Source: Adineta vaga
Lineage: Eukaryota; Animalia; Rotifera
NCBI GenBank assembly: GCA_021613535.1
Contig: CP075496.1
Span: 8,804,001 to 8,868,000, forward strand
Length of the DNA: 64,000 bases
Direction of reading: 5' to 3'
Shown here: positions 24,401 through 37,558 of the stretch, piece after piece
Layout: the number at the start of each line of letters is the position of its first letter
Position numbering within the stretch: the stretch's first letter is position 1
The notes under the pieces: generated by a model
Databases searched by the model: none
The model's input: only the letters and a program-made list of their open reading frames with translations
Told to the model about the DNA's origin: nothing
Program-made: the position numbers and the translations under genes

Positions 24401-27400
24401 ATAGATGTTCAGCCATGTTGGTGATTTGTTCATTCTTGTCGAACGACGTTGAATCGAGTAGATTTGTTAATAATTGCGAATCAATTGATGGGTCTAATTT
24501 AGATAAAAGATTTCCAAAGCGTTTTCGATTGTTTTCAACATCTGTTCTAATAAATTGTGCTTTTTGCTCACGTAGAATTGTATGAAGTGCACTAATATCT
24601 GATGGTTTATGTTGATCAATTACAGTTTCAATCCAAGAACTTTTATAACCCATTGCTAGAAGACTTGGTGCAATCATAGAAATAGGTGGTACAAGTAATG
24701 CTGATGATTGAAATTGATCAATTGATATAGATCGATTTAGATACGTAACAGATTTTAATGAAAGACGAAGCGTATCTTCGTTTGTTGTATTTTTCACTGA
24801 ATCTGTTTCTTTGAATAATTCAATATAATTTGATTTAAGCTCAAATCGATCATCAGTCGATTGTATTTCGAGTTCTAATTTGTCATTGAAATAAATTTGA
24901 ACAGAGTCTTCAAGAGCAATGATAAATAAACGAAAATATTCATTTAGAACAATTGAAGAAGTACTTTCCTGATTCGTTCCATCATCACTTTGTAAACAAA
25001 GTTTACCATCGACTGTAACAAAAATATCCGTTCGAGAATTTAGATTTACTAACATTAGTCTCTCATTTAATTTTGGATACTGGGGAATACATAAATCGAA
25101 TATTAATGTGTATCTTGTCCATTCTTCTTCGGATTTATTGAGAACAAGATAGGTTTTATTACCAAATAATTCTACAGTATGAGATTTGAAATATTTTGAT
25201 TCATCCGTATCTGCTTGTTGCTTCTTTCCTTCCCAGATACTTTCAGTAAATGGCCCGTCAAATGGAAGAAGAAATTCATCAGCAAACGCTTGTTGATTTT
25301 CAGAGAATGATATAGTATTCACTTGTTTTCGATAGGTTTTTAATCGTTTGTAATCACTTACAATATAGAATAGACCATAATTAAATAAACGACGAATATG
25401 TTCTTCAGAAAGAGCATATTTCCAAACAGCTAAATTCTTTATTTCAACGGCAATACCAGGTAAAATATGCATGTTCAATGTTTTGATTGTTTCATAAGAA
25501 AATAGATCAGTAAAAAGTCGATATTTATCGTTTATATAAACTTTTAATTGTCGTTTTTTCGTTAAGAAGATGATAACACAATGACCTTGTTTATTCGAGT
25601 TTTCCCAAGTTATTTCAGTTGAATCTAATGTAAATAATCGAATATTACGTTCATCATCAGATGATGTTATTTGAAAGTCAAAACTAATTGTTAATGATGC
25701 TGTTTCATGATTCTCTACGGATAAAAGAAATCCATCACTATTTTCTGGCAAAATTAGATGATTATGATCGAGAGTAAATTTAGTTTCGAGATGATGTTCA
25801 TGTACAAAATCACGTAGAATATTCGATGTAGATTTGATTCGTGTTTGAACTAGATATTCTTGTTGATCATTACCAATAAGATAAGCATGAAATGGATAAT
25901 CAACAAGAGAATTTTCTGCTGGAATAGATTTCGGTAATAATAATGGTTTATAACCGTTAGGTAATGGACAATCATCCATATCTTCTGGACTAACAATGAC
26001 ATCACAAAATCTCAGTGGATCAGTACCCCATTGAGTTGTGATTGCAGGATAATAGGTTGTATTTGATCCATGTGGTAATAGATCACATTTTGAAACTGAT
26101 AATGAAATGTATTTATCATGTTCAAAAGCTGTACCTAATAGTTTACCATTTAACCAATATTTGATTTTAGTATTTTTTCCATCAATTTCTATGCCACAAC
26201 CACAAACATCATTTGCTTTCCAACGAATATCATCAAACTGATTGTAGAAACCTTGTTCATAGAAGAAAACACCACGAGATCCATCATATGACCATGAATA
26301 TTTGTCATCACCAACTCCTGAACCACCTGATGGAGCAAAATTTGTCGTAGCCCAACCTATTTGAAACACACCACCAACTGGTAATCGAACGCAATAATAC
26401 CAATTTCCTTCACTAACTTGAAAATTATCCATTACAAATGTAGGAAAAGAAACCGTTGTATTTTCATAATTCGGTGCAATTCGACCACGAAATCGATGTT
26501 TATTTCCACATTCTTGTATAATATCATCACTCGCAATATTACGCGGCATTGGTACAATGGACAAATCATCATTACCAAAACGTCCCTGCTTAAAATATTC
26601 CATTTCACCTTCAGATATACATGGTTGCCATCCATAATGTGTAGATAAAGCATCAACAATCAAAGAATTCGTATCGATTTTTGTTTTATTCCAAGTTGTA
26701 TATAACGAATCATCTTGCTCATTGATTATGACAGGATCTTCTATCGTTTCTTGTTTTTCATCTTCATGCATATCTTTTAATCGTTCACATTGATTTAAAC
26801 TCAAACAATACTGTTCTAAATGTTGTTTATTAAATAAACGTAAATCTTTTGGTTGTTGATATATTTCTTCAATTGAATTACTTGAACAAAGTTTACCTAG
26901 AACAACTGCATACGGTTTGTTCATAAAGATGTCAATAAGTTTTCTATCATTTAATAAATGATACAGAACAGATATTGAACAACGTTTGAATTGTAACAAC
27001 ACTAATGATTCTTCTGTTGTAGTTGTTGTTGTTGAATCAAGTTGAATAAATTCTCCAAGTGTATTCAAAATTGTATGGAGTTCATTCGGTAAATTAGGTG
27101 GTGGAACATCGATTTTGAGTTGTAATTTATCCATTGTAACTGATTCAGTTTGATTTGTTTGTAAATATTGAATTAAATAAGGTGTTTCTGTTTGATTGAT
27201 TTCTAGAATTAATGCTAATGGAATATCATCATTTAATTTCTTATTCATTTCACCATTTACAATTGAACCTAATCGATATGGTTCAATATAACCACCTAAA
27301 ATATTCAAAGCTGCACGAAGTATTTTCATTTCATCGGATTGATTCTTTTGAATTGAATTCATATTCAAATGTGACTGAATTGAATTACATACGAATTCAA

Positions 27401-30400
27401 TTGCCATCATTTGCCATGAAGATTCTGCAGACATGATCACACGATACATTGAAATTAATTCTGCGATTATTTCATCGGAGAGAGAACTTTCACCAATAGT
27501 ATTTAATGAATCGATGAGAAACTTTTCAATTAAGTTTCTCGATATTCCATTTGCATAATCAGTTATTGAAGGAATTATATGACGCAAAAGTTTGATTGTT
27601 AATAGACGCGTAACATTCGATTGATTATGTTGATAAATATCAAGTAATTCTTGTAAATAATCTCCGGTTGTACAAACTGAGAGAATATGTTTATGAAAAT
27701 GCACACATCGAAGAAGAATAACAAGATATTGATTGATATAGAGATCAATTTTTGACTCATTTGTTTCATTCATTTGAAGAAACCATTTGATTTCGAGACC
27801 TTTCAATGAATTATTTTCTTGTTCAATTGAATTCATCGATGATTTAAGTGTTCTTAATTCATTTAAGACTAGTGTATTAAAAATAAATTTTTCTTGTTGT
27901 TGAAATAATTGACATGTTGAATCACGTAATTGTTCGATTTCAACATTTTGACAAAGTTTTAATATTAATAAACGAAACCAATTGAATGCCATTAATCGTA
28001 ATCCAACTTCGATATTTGATTGACAATCTTTTCCTAAACTAACAAATGAATTAAATAATCTTTCGATAATTTCGTAAGAATATAAATGACAAATATCAAT
28101 TGATTCATAAGATAAATTGAGTAAATAGAAGATATTTTGTGTAAAATTATTTGATTGAATTGTAAATGGTAGAACAAGTTTGATAATAGAATAATATGTA
28201 TTACTAATTTCATCTCTTAATTGATGATTTGATGCTTGAATATGATCAAAATATGACCAATCAAATTCTCTATTCCGTATGTAAGGTAAATAAATTGAGA
28301 GAATTTTTAACGATTTGTCTTTTTCATTTAAATTGAAAATTTTTTCGAGAAATGCTTTTATAAAACGATAAGTGATCAAACGAATCATTGCTCGTTCATG
28401 CTGTCGACAGAGACATTTTTCTAATTCATTTAATTCATTTTGTTGATCTTCATTTGTCATTGATGTTGATGTTTTATAAAATTCTCCATAGATAAAATTC
28501 TCAATTGTTCGATTTAATAAACTTTCATAATCATATTTTTCTTTCATAATCTGTTTTTTTTCTAACATAAATCGTTTAAAACGAAGACATGCTTGAAAAA
28601 GATTACGAAGAATTTTCAAGACATGTAAAGCTTTTGACCAATGAGAATGTTGTCGATGAAAACCCGGCTTAATTTTATAATCAATAACATTACTTGAAGT
28701 TAAATCTTCTTTTACGAGAGGAATCAAATGACTTTCTTTGACGGATGATAAGAGAAATAATGTTTTCATTTTAATTTCTTTTGATAATTCAATACAATCA
28801 CCACCTTGACCTTTTATTGTTGCAAATACTGATTGAATTCGATATGCATATTCAAAAAGAGTTAGTAGTTGAGCATAAGGTTTTGTTTGATCAGTTCGTA
28901 ATAATTCCGATTTAGCTAAATTAATTCGACGATAGAATTTAATATAAACAGCAAATATAGCTGCACAAGCTTCATTCGCTTGTTGTTCAATAGATTTCTG
29001 TAATAGATGTGGTTTATTTCGAAGAGATGCTTTTAATTTATTGATTAATCGTGCACCATCATCATGGTTATTATAAATTAACATTAAAAAGTCATTGTCA
29101 TCTTGATTAATAGAATTTACAACTTGAGGAAATTGACTATAAGTTGCAAGTGTTGATTTCAATAGATGATTGTCTTCATTTGTTATACATCCCCCAGCAA
29201 ACAATGATAATTTTAATTTATTATGATATTTCAATTCCAAAGGATCTTGTGGTGAACCAAGGATTAAAACAGAAGTTAATTTACCGAGTAGATAACCAAG
29301 AAGATCATTGTCAAGATTTAAAAGATAATATTCAGCTAATAAAGGTACAATGGAGATAAATATGGATTGAATAGATTCATAAAGAACGATTTCATCTGTT
29401 TTTGTCATTAAACATAAATTTGTCAGAATCGAATTGAAAAGTTCATTATCGACTGTTGTTTGATTAATAGATTTTTTAAATATATAAGTAAAATAATCAA
29501 TTAGAAGAGAGGATAGATCTTTTATTGACGTTTTCTTTTCACAAGCATCCATAAATCGATAGAATAATACCTTTTGAAATGATAATAATAATGAATTTGT
29601 TGTTTGCTGTTGTTCTTTATTATTAAAATAATAATCAATAAACCAATAGAGAATATTCAATGCAATTGATCGATTCTTTTCATCATATAAGTTTTCGATC
29701 CACTTCATTAATAAATCAGTTTGATTCAATTCAAGAAATAATTGTTGGATTAGAATTGAATATTTATTTTCCAGAATATATTGATGAATTAAAGTTAATT
29801 TATCAATAAATACTGATTTTTGAAGATTTATCACATGAATGAAAGCTTTTGATGCTTCTTTACTAATAGAAATTTGCTCTGAATGATCAGTTGAAGATAA
29901 TTTAAATAATATATCAAACCATTTTTGTAGATTAACTTCTGAAACATAGGTGGAGAGATCATTTTGTTGATCAACAAGAATTTGTAAATGTGTAGTAAAT
30001 AAACGTAAACAAACAGTTAGAATTTGATTCGTTTTTGAGGATATTTGAAGAGATAATTGTTCGATAATATCGAATAGATTTTCAAATGTTTTCGGATGAA
30101 ATTCACAAGATATAGAACTCAATTGAAATTGTTTAATAGGCGAAGAAATTTCATTCTCAATATCGAGATGCGAGAGAATAATTGATGAAAGAAATTGACC
30201 TGTAAAAAGATTTGCATTTAGTTGAATCAATTGATCATTTGGATAAGAATTTATCGTTTTTAAATACTCTAATGAAGGAAAATCTAGAACAAAACGGTAA
30301 TTTAATATGCTTATCTATTGGATGAGATATTTACCTGAATTTTCTTCGTCATTTGATTGTTCATTTTGCCACTGTGGAAGTATTTCAGTTAAACCATTAT

Positions 30401-31247
30401 TCAATTGTATAATAGGACCTTGAACATCATAAATATCGTTAGTATTAAAGATTAATTTCTTTAATAATGATAGAAGATCTTTGAATGATCCTTTTGCAAT
30501 AGAAAAACTAAGTAAAATTTTCATCGCTTGATTGGAAATAATCTTATCTGTCGTTGAAGATAATTCATGAATATAATTTGTTAATGGTTCTAATGATTTA
30601 TATAAGAATGTCGTTTTTGATAATAAACATTTCATTGGAAGTTGTTCACATAATTGTCCTGTTAATAATAAGATTTGTTGAATAATAGTTGAATCATGTT
30701 TTTCTGCTGATTTGATTAGAATTAATAGAATTGATATTAAGGATTGAATAGCAAAATGGGATAATTGATTCGATTGAAATTTATCTTTTTGTACTTGTAA
30801 ATCATCGGTTGAATTCGAATCTTCGTGAAAATTTTGTGCAAGTATTGATTGATTTTGAGAATTATCTTGTTGAACTTTCATTGTGACAGTTGTTTGAAGT
30901 TTTTGCTTATATTCGGAATGTTGTTCAAGAAGTTCGACTAATTTGTTATTGTATTCAATAATCGATGGTTGAATTGTATTTATCAAAAGTGTATTGATTT
31001 CATTATCGAAATTTTCCCAAGGAATTGATTTTGTTAATGTAAAAAGATAATCTCGAATTTGTTTTATACATTCTATTTGAGCGTGTGTTAATTGAACTTC
31101 GGGATTGGATTCAATTGAATCAGTTGTTGTTTTTACAGGAAAAAAATAACTAATATCGTCTTTTCCAACACTTGATGCTATTGTCTCGGATGTAATCGAA
31201 ATATTTTCATCGATATTTAGATGAATTTGAAACAATGATTCATCCAT
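21439..31247 (-). CDS. Giant SPRY-HECT E3 ubiquitin ligase, ~3212 aa; exons 31247-30335, 30283-23530, 23467-21666, 21608-21439
   Basis: Three GT-AG introns join the 313-, 2234- and 503-aa ORFs in frame (9639 nt in total). SPRY: WYYCVR..QIGWAT..GVGDDKYSWSYDG. HECT: DSGGPYRD..FVGQLMGMAIR..FLIFVWGRSTLP..LPRSHTCFFTIDLPPYS, with the catalytic Cys in the last exon. Confidence 0.92.
24211..24234. repeat. (GTT)8 coding microsatellite (poly-Thr in the HECT ligase)
   Basis: Seen directly in the sequence. Confidence 0.9.
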
Positions 31248-31962
31248 GTTTGTCAATACTAAAATGAAAAGGTATAAAATCCGAAGAAAAATATGAATAA
31301 TAATTAGATGTGATCAGTTGACATTTTGGTCACCGTTTTTTTTTCAAATGAAAATTTAATTCGTTGAAGCGAATCAAGATGACAAACACTTCTCTTCTTA
31401 ACTGACGAGAACGAACAGGAAAAAAAAGGAATATTCGACTGTGTATGCGCGTGTATTGACTTCGCTTGTTTTTTTTCGCTTCTTATCATTATTAAAAACT
31501 ACCTACGCTTTTTTTCCCTCTCCTATTTGCTGCTTCATATATCACAACATTAACATGTAAAAGAACATGACCACGTGTGTGCCTATACAATGAAAGAGAA
31601 CACATTTTGACATCAGTTACTTGAATACTCTGTTATTCTTGTACTATAAAACTAAAGAAAAACTTCATCAAGAATGTTTTTTTTTACTCTCTTGATACTT
31701 TTTTTTTCTTTAATAGAATACATTGAATTAAACGGCAGATGTAAAATGATACTCAGAAGTATGTAATAATGATTCAGATATAAATAATCATGCCTATTAA
31801 ATTCTATCTTCGATTATTTGAAAATAATTTTGAAGTAAAATATATACATGCGATAAAACTCATAAATATATTCCTAATAAAAGTTTCTATTGCATTTTTA
31901 GTAGCATATGTTTTCTTTATTATTGACGAAAAAATCATTTGTAATATTAAAGAAAAGATATA

Positions 31963-33200
31963 TTAAAGTTTTGATAAACGTAAGACAGTTTGAGTTAAAT
32001 AATAATCACCAAAGATTGTTGCTACATCATATGGATGTGATGGATAGGGTCCTTGTGTACCATTAGCAATAACTGCACGTAAAACATAATCTTTATGTCC
32101 GAATATTAAATAGGTTGAACTTGTTAATTGATCAACAATTGCTTTAGCTGTTGTTAAAAAACGATCTTTCAATTCTTGTACAGAGACATATTGAGATAAT
32201 TCTACAAGACCACTAGCAAATATGGCTGCAGCTGATGTATCACGTGGTTGATAGGGAATTGTTGAATTATGAGGAGCATCGAAATCCCAATAGGGTATCG
32301 AATCAGTGTCACTCGGCAGGTGCGAAAGAAAATAATTAGCTGCACCAATTGCTTTGTCAAGAAAAGGTTGATATTTCGTATAACGATAAGCTATAGTAAA
32401 ACCATGAACAGCCCATGCTTGACCTCGTGACCATGTTGACCAATCGGCATAACCTTTACACGAAAGTATATATATGAAAAAACGAAGAAAAGTTTTCAAA
32501 ACAGATCATTTCACTGACCTTGTGCCGTATATTTTCGAATAACACTTCCATCTGTTTCATTATATTCCACGACATGATACGTACTATTATCTGCACGAAA
32601 ATGTTCATACATCGTTCGATTTGCATGTTGCCATGCCATATTATACCATGTTTGATTATTTGTTTGATTACTTGCTTCAAATAATAACTCTAAATTCATC
32701 ATATTGTCAATGATAACCAAGAATCCTTGTGGGCTATCCCAAGATCGTGTACATCGAACGATTGGTGAATATCGAGTCGATAATGAATTAGCTGTTGTAA
32801 CAACAATTTGCAAATATTCAGGTATTTTCAGTAATCGATATGCATGACCAAAACTAGACATAATCACAAATCCAACATCATGTGTATCAGTCATATTAGC
32901 AACAGGAGCTAATGGTAGCATTAAATCAGTCGCCATTTTCAACATATTATGCGTCGCATTAATTTCTAATAAATTCCAAAATATTCCTGAAAAAAATCCA
33001 TTTGTAAAACTATGAAGAGGAGATATGGATATCCAATCTGTTTGTAAAGGAAATCCCATAAAAGGATATGTTGAAAATGATATGTCAAGATATTGATAAT
33101 AGAGAATGCTATATTGAACATTTGCATAGCTCATTACATTGAAAGTAGAAACACCACCAGTGTTAAATAACAAGATGGGGAGGAATACTAGAGCAAGCAT
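31963..33200 (-). CDS. Secreted glycoside hydrolase family 88 (unsaturated glucuronyl hydrolase); intron 32454-32518
   Basis: THDVGF, VIIDNMMNLELL, STYHVVEY, TAQG|YADWSTWSRGQAW, PYWDFDAP, DTSAAAI and GDYY motifs; signal peptide MLALVFLPILLFNTGG. Confidence 0.92.
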
Positions 33201-34164
33201 ATCTAAGTATGATAAGAATAAATGTGAAAAGATAAAAATATTTCGACTTGGCATTCTAAGAGATGTTTATCATGATTTTCGTGCAATAGAAAAAGAGAAG
33301 ATTACGAACAACAAAGTTATTTTTGTTTTATCTTGTAAGAATTTATCAAATAAATATATATATATATATTCTGCTGGTAAGATTCGTAAATACTTCCAAC
33401 TCGAATTGGTATCCTTATTATTAGTCTTTGGAAATGATTTGAAATCAATAACACACATGTATAGCGTATTATTGTGAAAGCAAAGTTATTTCTGAAAATA
33501 AAACGACGTATTACATGCCAGGTGTAATCTTCTTTGTCAAGAAAACAGCACAGTTGTTATTCCAATTAAATGCATGCAAAAATTCATTCAATTCTTTGAC
33601 ATGTTTTTCAAAAAATATAATTTGTTTGATTAACATCTGACTATCTTTTAAAAAATCTTGAATATAGAGCAAATTAGCACCAATATGTCAGCTCTCAGAT
33701 GCAGTAGCGCCTAAAAAAACATTCATCACTGCTGTAAACATATATCTAAATAACATCTTAGTTCGTTCTTTTATCTTATCTAATCCTTTCCGAATTAACA
33801 CGTATAAAGATGATCATGTTTCCAGATATATTACGTCTGATTCTAGTACCGATTATTCAAAAAAGAAAATCGACATGAGTTATTTTTTTATTTGGATACC
33901 AATGAATTCATCGATTTCATCAATATAAAACTGAACATGCACATTCAAATATTGATTATATAAAACTATAGTGAAGAAAGTAAAAAAAGATTAAATTCCT
34001 GTTCTCAGGATAAACTACGGATTAGCAGAGTGTACGTCTTTGCAAGAATATTCACAGCATGCGTTGACGTAATCAAAATCTGAAGATTTAAATATAATAT
34101 CATTTTGTTACACGAGTCCTTTCTTCATTCTTTCGAATTAAAACTCAGAAAGTATAAAAAAATA

Positions 34165-35151
34165 ATGTCTACATCATTATTAACAACAATTCAAAATCAA
34201 ATCAATTTCTATAGTTATCCAATATCGTTAATACTAGGAAATATTGGAAACTTTCTAATCGTTTTGGTATTTAGTCAACAACGTCAAAATGCATGTTCAT
34301 TTTATTTAATTAGTTCAGCAATTGCTAATGATCTTTATTTAACATTCAACGGTCTTGTTCAAATCTTTCCATTTTCTTACGATGGTGAAACAACATATGC
34401 AGTTGCATTGTGTAAAATACGTTTTTATGTTTCTAATGTTCTTGGACAAATTGCCAAGACAATTATTGTTTTGGCATGTGTCGATCGATTTATGTTTACA
34501 AGTCAACGAGCAACAGTTCGAGCATTCAGTAATCTCAAACGAGCGAAATGGTCAATTCTTTTTACGTTTCTTCTTTGGCCATTATTTGCTAGTCATATTG
34601 CTGTAATGACAACTATAGTCAATGGACGATGTGGAACATTCGGTATTTATTCAAATGTTTATACAATTTATTCGATCATATTTGTTGGTTTTCTTCCACC
34701 GTTGATATTATGCATAGTTGGTTATCTGACGATTCGAAATATGAAACGAATATACAATCGTATTCAACCAGGTTTGATGGATGGAGATCATGGAAATGTT
34801 ACAATTCGACGACGGGATCGAGAATTATTGATTATTGTTATAAGTGAAGTCTTTGTTTATGTTTTTTCAACAACACTTTATCCATTGATTTTGCTTGAAA
34901 TGACGATTAGTCGTTATGTAATAAGCAATAAAAGTAGTGCATATTCACAAATTGAAGGTTTCATATTTACAATATCTTTTGTTTTACTATTTGTTAATAA
35001 TGCTGCACCTTTTTATATTTATTTATTTGTTTCAAAATCATTTCGACGTGATTTGAAAAATCTATTCATCAGTTTTGGTCGACGATTAATTGGTAAACCA
35101 ATGATTCAACATGTTCCAGGAAGAACATACGCAACCGTATCGAAACGATAG
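34165..35151 (+). CDS. Class A GPCR, intronless
   Basis: 7 TM segments, GNIGN, VDRF, NNAAPFYIY..SKSFR. The first ATG is at 34165. Confidence 0.9.
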   Translation: MSTSLLTTIQNQINFYSYPISLILGNIGNFLIVLVFSQQRQNACSFYLISSAIANDLYLTFNGLVQIFPFSYDGETTYAVALCKIRFYVSNVLGQIAKTIIVLACVDRFMFTSQRATVRAFSNLKRAKWSILFTFLLWPLFASHIAVMTTIVNGRCGTFGIYSNVYTIYSIIFVGFLPPLILCIVGYLTIRNMKRIYNRIQPGLMDGDHGNVTIRRRDRELLIIVISEVFVYVFSTTLYPLILLEMTISRYVISNKSSAYSQIEGFIFTISFVLLFVNNAAPFYIYLFVSKSFRRDLKNLFISFGRRLIGKPMIQHVPGRTYATVSKR

Positions 35152-35457
35152 AACATCATGCTTATTGAAAACAAAACAAAAAACTCTGTTTTTATGTTGT
35201 TAATGTATGTTGTATATGTAAACGTATTTCTTCATTAAAAATTTATGATTATTCTAAATTTAAAAAGAAAAGTCAGACAGAAAGAAAAAAAGAGAACAAA
35301 GATTGTTGTTTTTCTCTTCTTCTTCTTTCTTTACTTCATCAATAATTTTAAAAAAAACATGAAGAATAATAACTATTCTTCAGTCAATTCAACAATTTTG
35401 ACGACAGAAAAAAACGAGTAACAACAGTCTTTTAATCCATACGATATTAACTTAATA

Positions 35458-36855
35458 ATGGCCGCGAAGACACCGCGTATTATCATTCGTATGTCTAATG
35501 AAGAATCGGAACCAAAGCGTATGTTACCTACGATTCAAGGTTATGAAAATGAACGAGTAACAACTCTTGAAAAAGCTGTACAACAAATTATTCCTTTTGT
35601 TCCTGACGTTCTGAAAATGGTTGCAGAAGTTAAACAAATGTGTCAAAATCCGAAAGATAATTTAACTGTAGATGAATCTAGTTCAATTATGCTTTATACA
35701 CTTGAAAAGGGCCAATATAAGCCAGCTTTCTATGTGGTTCTCAATCAAACTTTACAAGAAAAAAATCGGGAAAAACTTCGACCTTGGTTTTTATATCTTC
35801 GTTTAGTTATGAATGCTTTAGCTAAACTTCCTCCAACAACATGTCGAATAATTTATCGTGCAATTAATAGAGATTTAATGCAAGATTATCCAAAGGATCT
35901 ACCGGTGACTTGGTGGGGGTTTACATCGTGTACATCAACTCTTGACGTTCTTCAAAAGTTTCTTGGTGACAATGGATCAGGAACCATCTTTAATATTGAA
36001 TTCGATTCAGGCAAAGATATATCTCAACACTCATATTTTCCAGATGAAAATGAAATATTACTCTATCCAGCACGACAATTTACAGTTATTTCTTCATTGA
36101 AAACTGGCAAACAAAATCGAACTATTCATTTAAAAGAGATTCAACCACAACTACCATTAATTCATATTCCTAGAGTGACATCAACGACAACCACACGAAA
36201 ACACCACGTATTAATGAACAGAATTAAAGAATTTCAATGTCGAACAAAAATTGATCTATCTTCTCAAAATCTCACTGATGATGATATGTATCTCATTGTT
36301 CAAGAAGTAATTATCAATAAAGAATGTACTTGGTTGTATCTAGAAAAAAATAAGATTACATCAATCGGTGCTTCAATTATTGCTAAAGCATTCAATGATA
36401 ATAAATCATTACAATGGATTGACATGTCACATAATCATTTAGGTAATGAAGGTGTTCGTGCTTTGACAGAGGTACTTTCATTGAATAATTCGAGACTTAA
36501 AGCATTATATCTTTGGTCAGTTGAATTAACCGATGACGGTATTGAATATATTAGTGATATGTTAAAAGTGAATAGGGTATTAACACATTTGGGTCTTGCT
36601 GAAAATCGAATAAGTGAAGTTGGAATTCGATGTTTAAATAATGTACTTAGTTATGGAAATAATACATTGACAGAACTTGATTTATCACATAATAAGTCAA
36701 TTAATGATTTAAATGTTGATTCAATCATTCAAATGATCAAAGGAAGTCGATCATTAACAGATTTGAATTTAGAAAAATGCAATTTTTCGTCTAGAGGAAA
36801 AGACAAGCTTGTACAAAGTGCCAAATCCAAAACTAATTTCAATCTTTCAATATAA
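35458..36855 (+). CDS. ADP-ribosyltransferase (ARTC/R-S-E type) domain fused to RNI-like leucine-rich repeats
   Basis: IIYRA, WGFTSCTS and DENEILL form the R-S-ExE triad. The C-terminal LRRs follow LxxLxLxxNxI/L. No signal peptide. Confidence 0.88.
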   Translation: MAAKTPRIIIRMSNEESEPKRMLPTIQGYENERVTTLEKAVQQIIPFVPDVLKMVAEVKQMCQNPKDNLTVDESSSIMLYTLEKGQYKPAFYVVLNQTLQEKNREKLRPWFLYLRLVMNALAKLPPTTCRIIYRAINRDLMQDYPKDLPVTWWGFTSCTSTLDVLQKFLGDNGSGTIFNIEFDSGKDISQHSYFPDENEILLYPARQFTVISSLKTGKQNRTIHLKEIQPQLPLIHIPRVTSTTTTRKHHVLMNRIKEFQCRTKIDLSSQNLTDDDMYLIVQEVIINKECTWLYLEKNKITSIGASIIAKAFNDNKSLQWIDMSHNHLGNEGVRALTEVLSLNNSRLKALYLWSVELTDDGIEYISDMLKVNRVLTHLGLAENRISEVGIRCLNNVLSYGNNTLTELDLSHNKSINDLNVDSIIQMIKGSRSLTDLNLEKCNFSSRGKDKLVQSAKSKTNFNLSI

Positions 36856-36988
36856 GCAAAGTTTTCGTGTTTCGATTTACTTAGAATCAGTTTGCATAAA
36901 ACAACTGTTTTTTTCCCGTTTCTATTTGCTTTGTATTGCACAATTCTATCAAAGTAAATTTGTCATGTTTTATGAAAAGAACGATATA

Positions 36989-37060
36989 AGCAGCGTGGCG
37001 CAGTGGAAGCGTGCTGGGCTCATAACTCAGAGGTCGGTAGATCGAAACTACTCGCTGCTA
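36989..37060 (+). tRNA. Initiator tRNA-Met (CAT)
   Basis: 72-nt cloverleaf AGCAGCG...CGCTGCTA with A1:U72, anticodon CAT at 37021-37023 and the T-loop ATCGAAA typical of eukaryotic initiators. Confidence 0.95.
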
Positions 37061-37070
37061 TCTATATATC

Positions 37071-37079
37071 TTTTTTTTT
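37071..37079 (+). terminator. RNA polymerase III oligo-T terminator for the tRNA
   Basis: Run of T about 10 nt downstream of the tRNA 3' end. Confidence 0.7.
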
Positions 37080-37558
37080 ATTGTTACTGAAATTTGATTC
37101 GTCAGTTGTAATTAAAGCTTTACAAGTTGTGTTCTATGTAGACATAGAAATCACACAAGTTCCAAAAGTTGAAACTTTATTTACCTACCGAAACAACAAC
37201 ATAAGAAAGGGAATGAAAAAATTTCACTTTTATGTTTTCCTTCATTTAGTTATTTGATGCAAAAGTAAAATGCAACTGGAGGATATAGTTTTATATTTTA
37301 GTGTAGTGTCTAGCTCTACAACCCAACGTCTACACTATGGAAAACTATATCGATCGTATGATTTACAGGCTCTGGACACACTGAAACTCTTCTGTCAAAT
37401 AGAAAGGTTCTATTTGCAGGTAGATCGACTGATGTTTATGTGAACATCGTTATTATTATATCTAAGATTAACAAACAAATGATGTAATAAAATATATTTT
37501 ATATAATTCTTATGTACAAAAAAGATCGAAATAGCAGCGCTCAGTGAATTACTTGAAG

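Noticed and set aside
21658-31256. Three separate genes (503, 2234 and 313 aa) as listed in the ORF track
   Set aside because: Canonical short introns join them in frame into one HECT ligase.
36809-37257. 93-aa and 84-aa ORFs
   Set aside because: They overlap the tRNA and 3'UTR and show no protein-like features.
37396-37416. 9-bp hairpin CAAATAGAA-AGG-TTCTATTTG (a similar one lies at ~53238-53259)
   Set aside because: Short AT-rich stems are expected by chance in 64 kb, and there is no supporting element structure.
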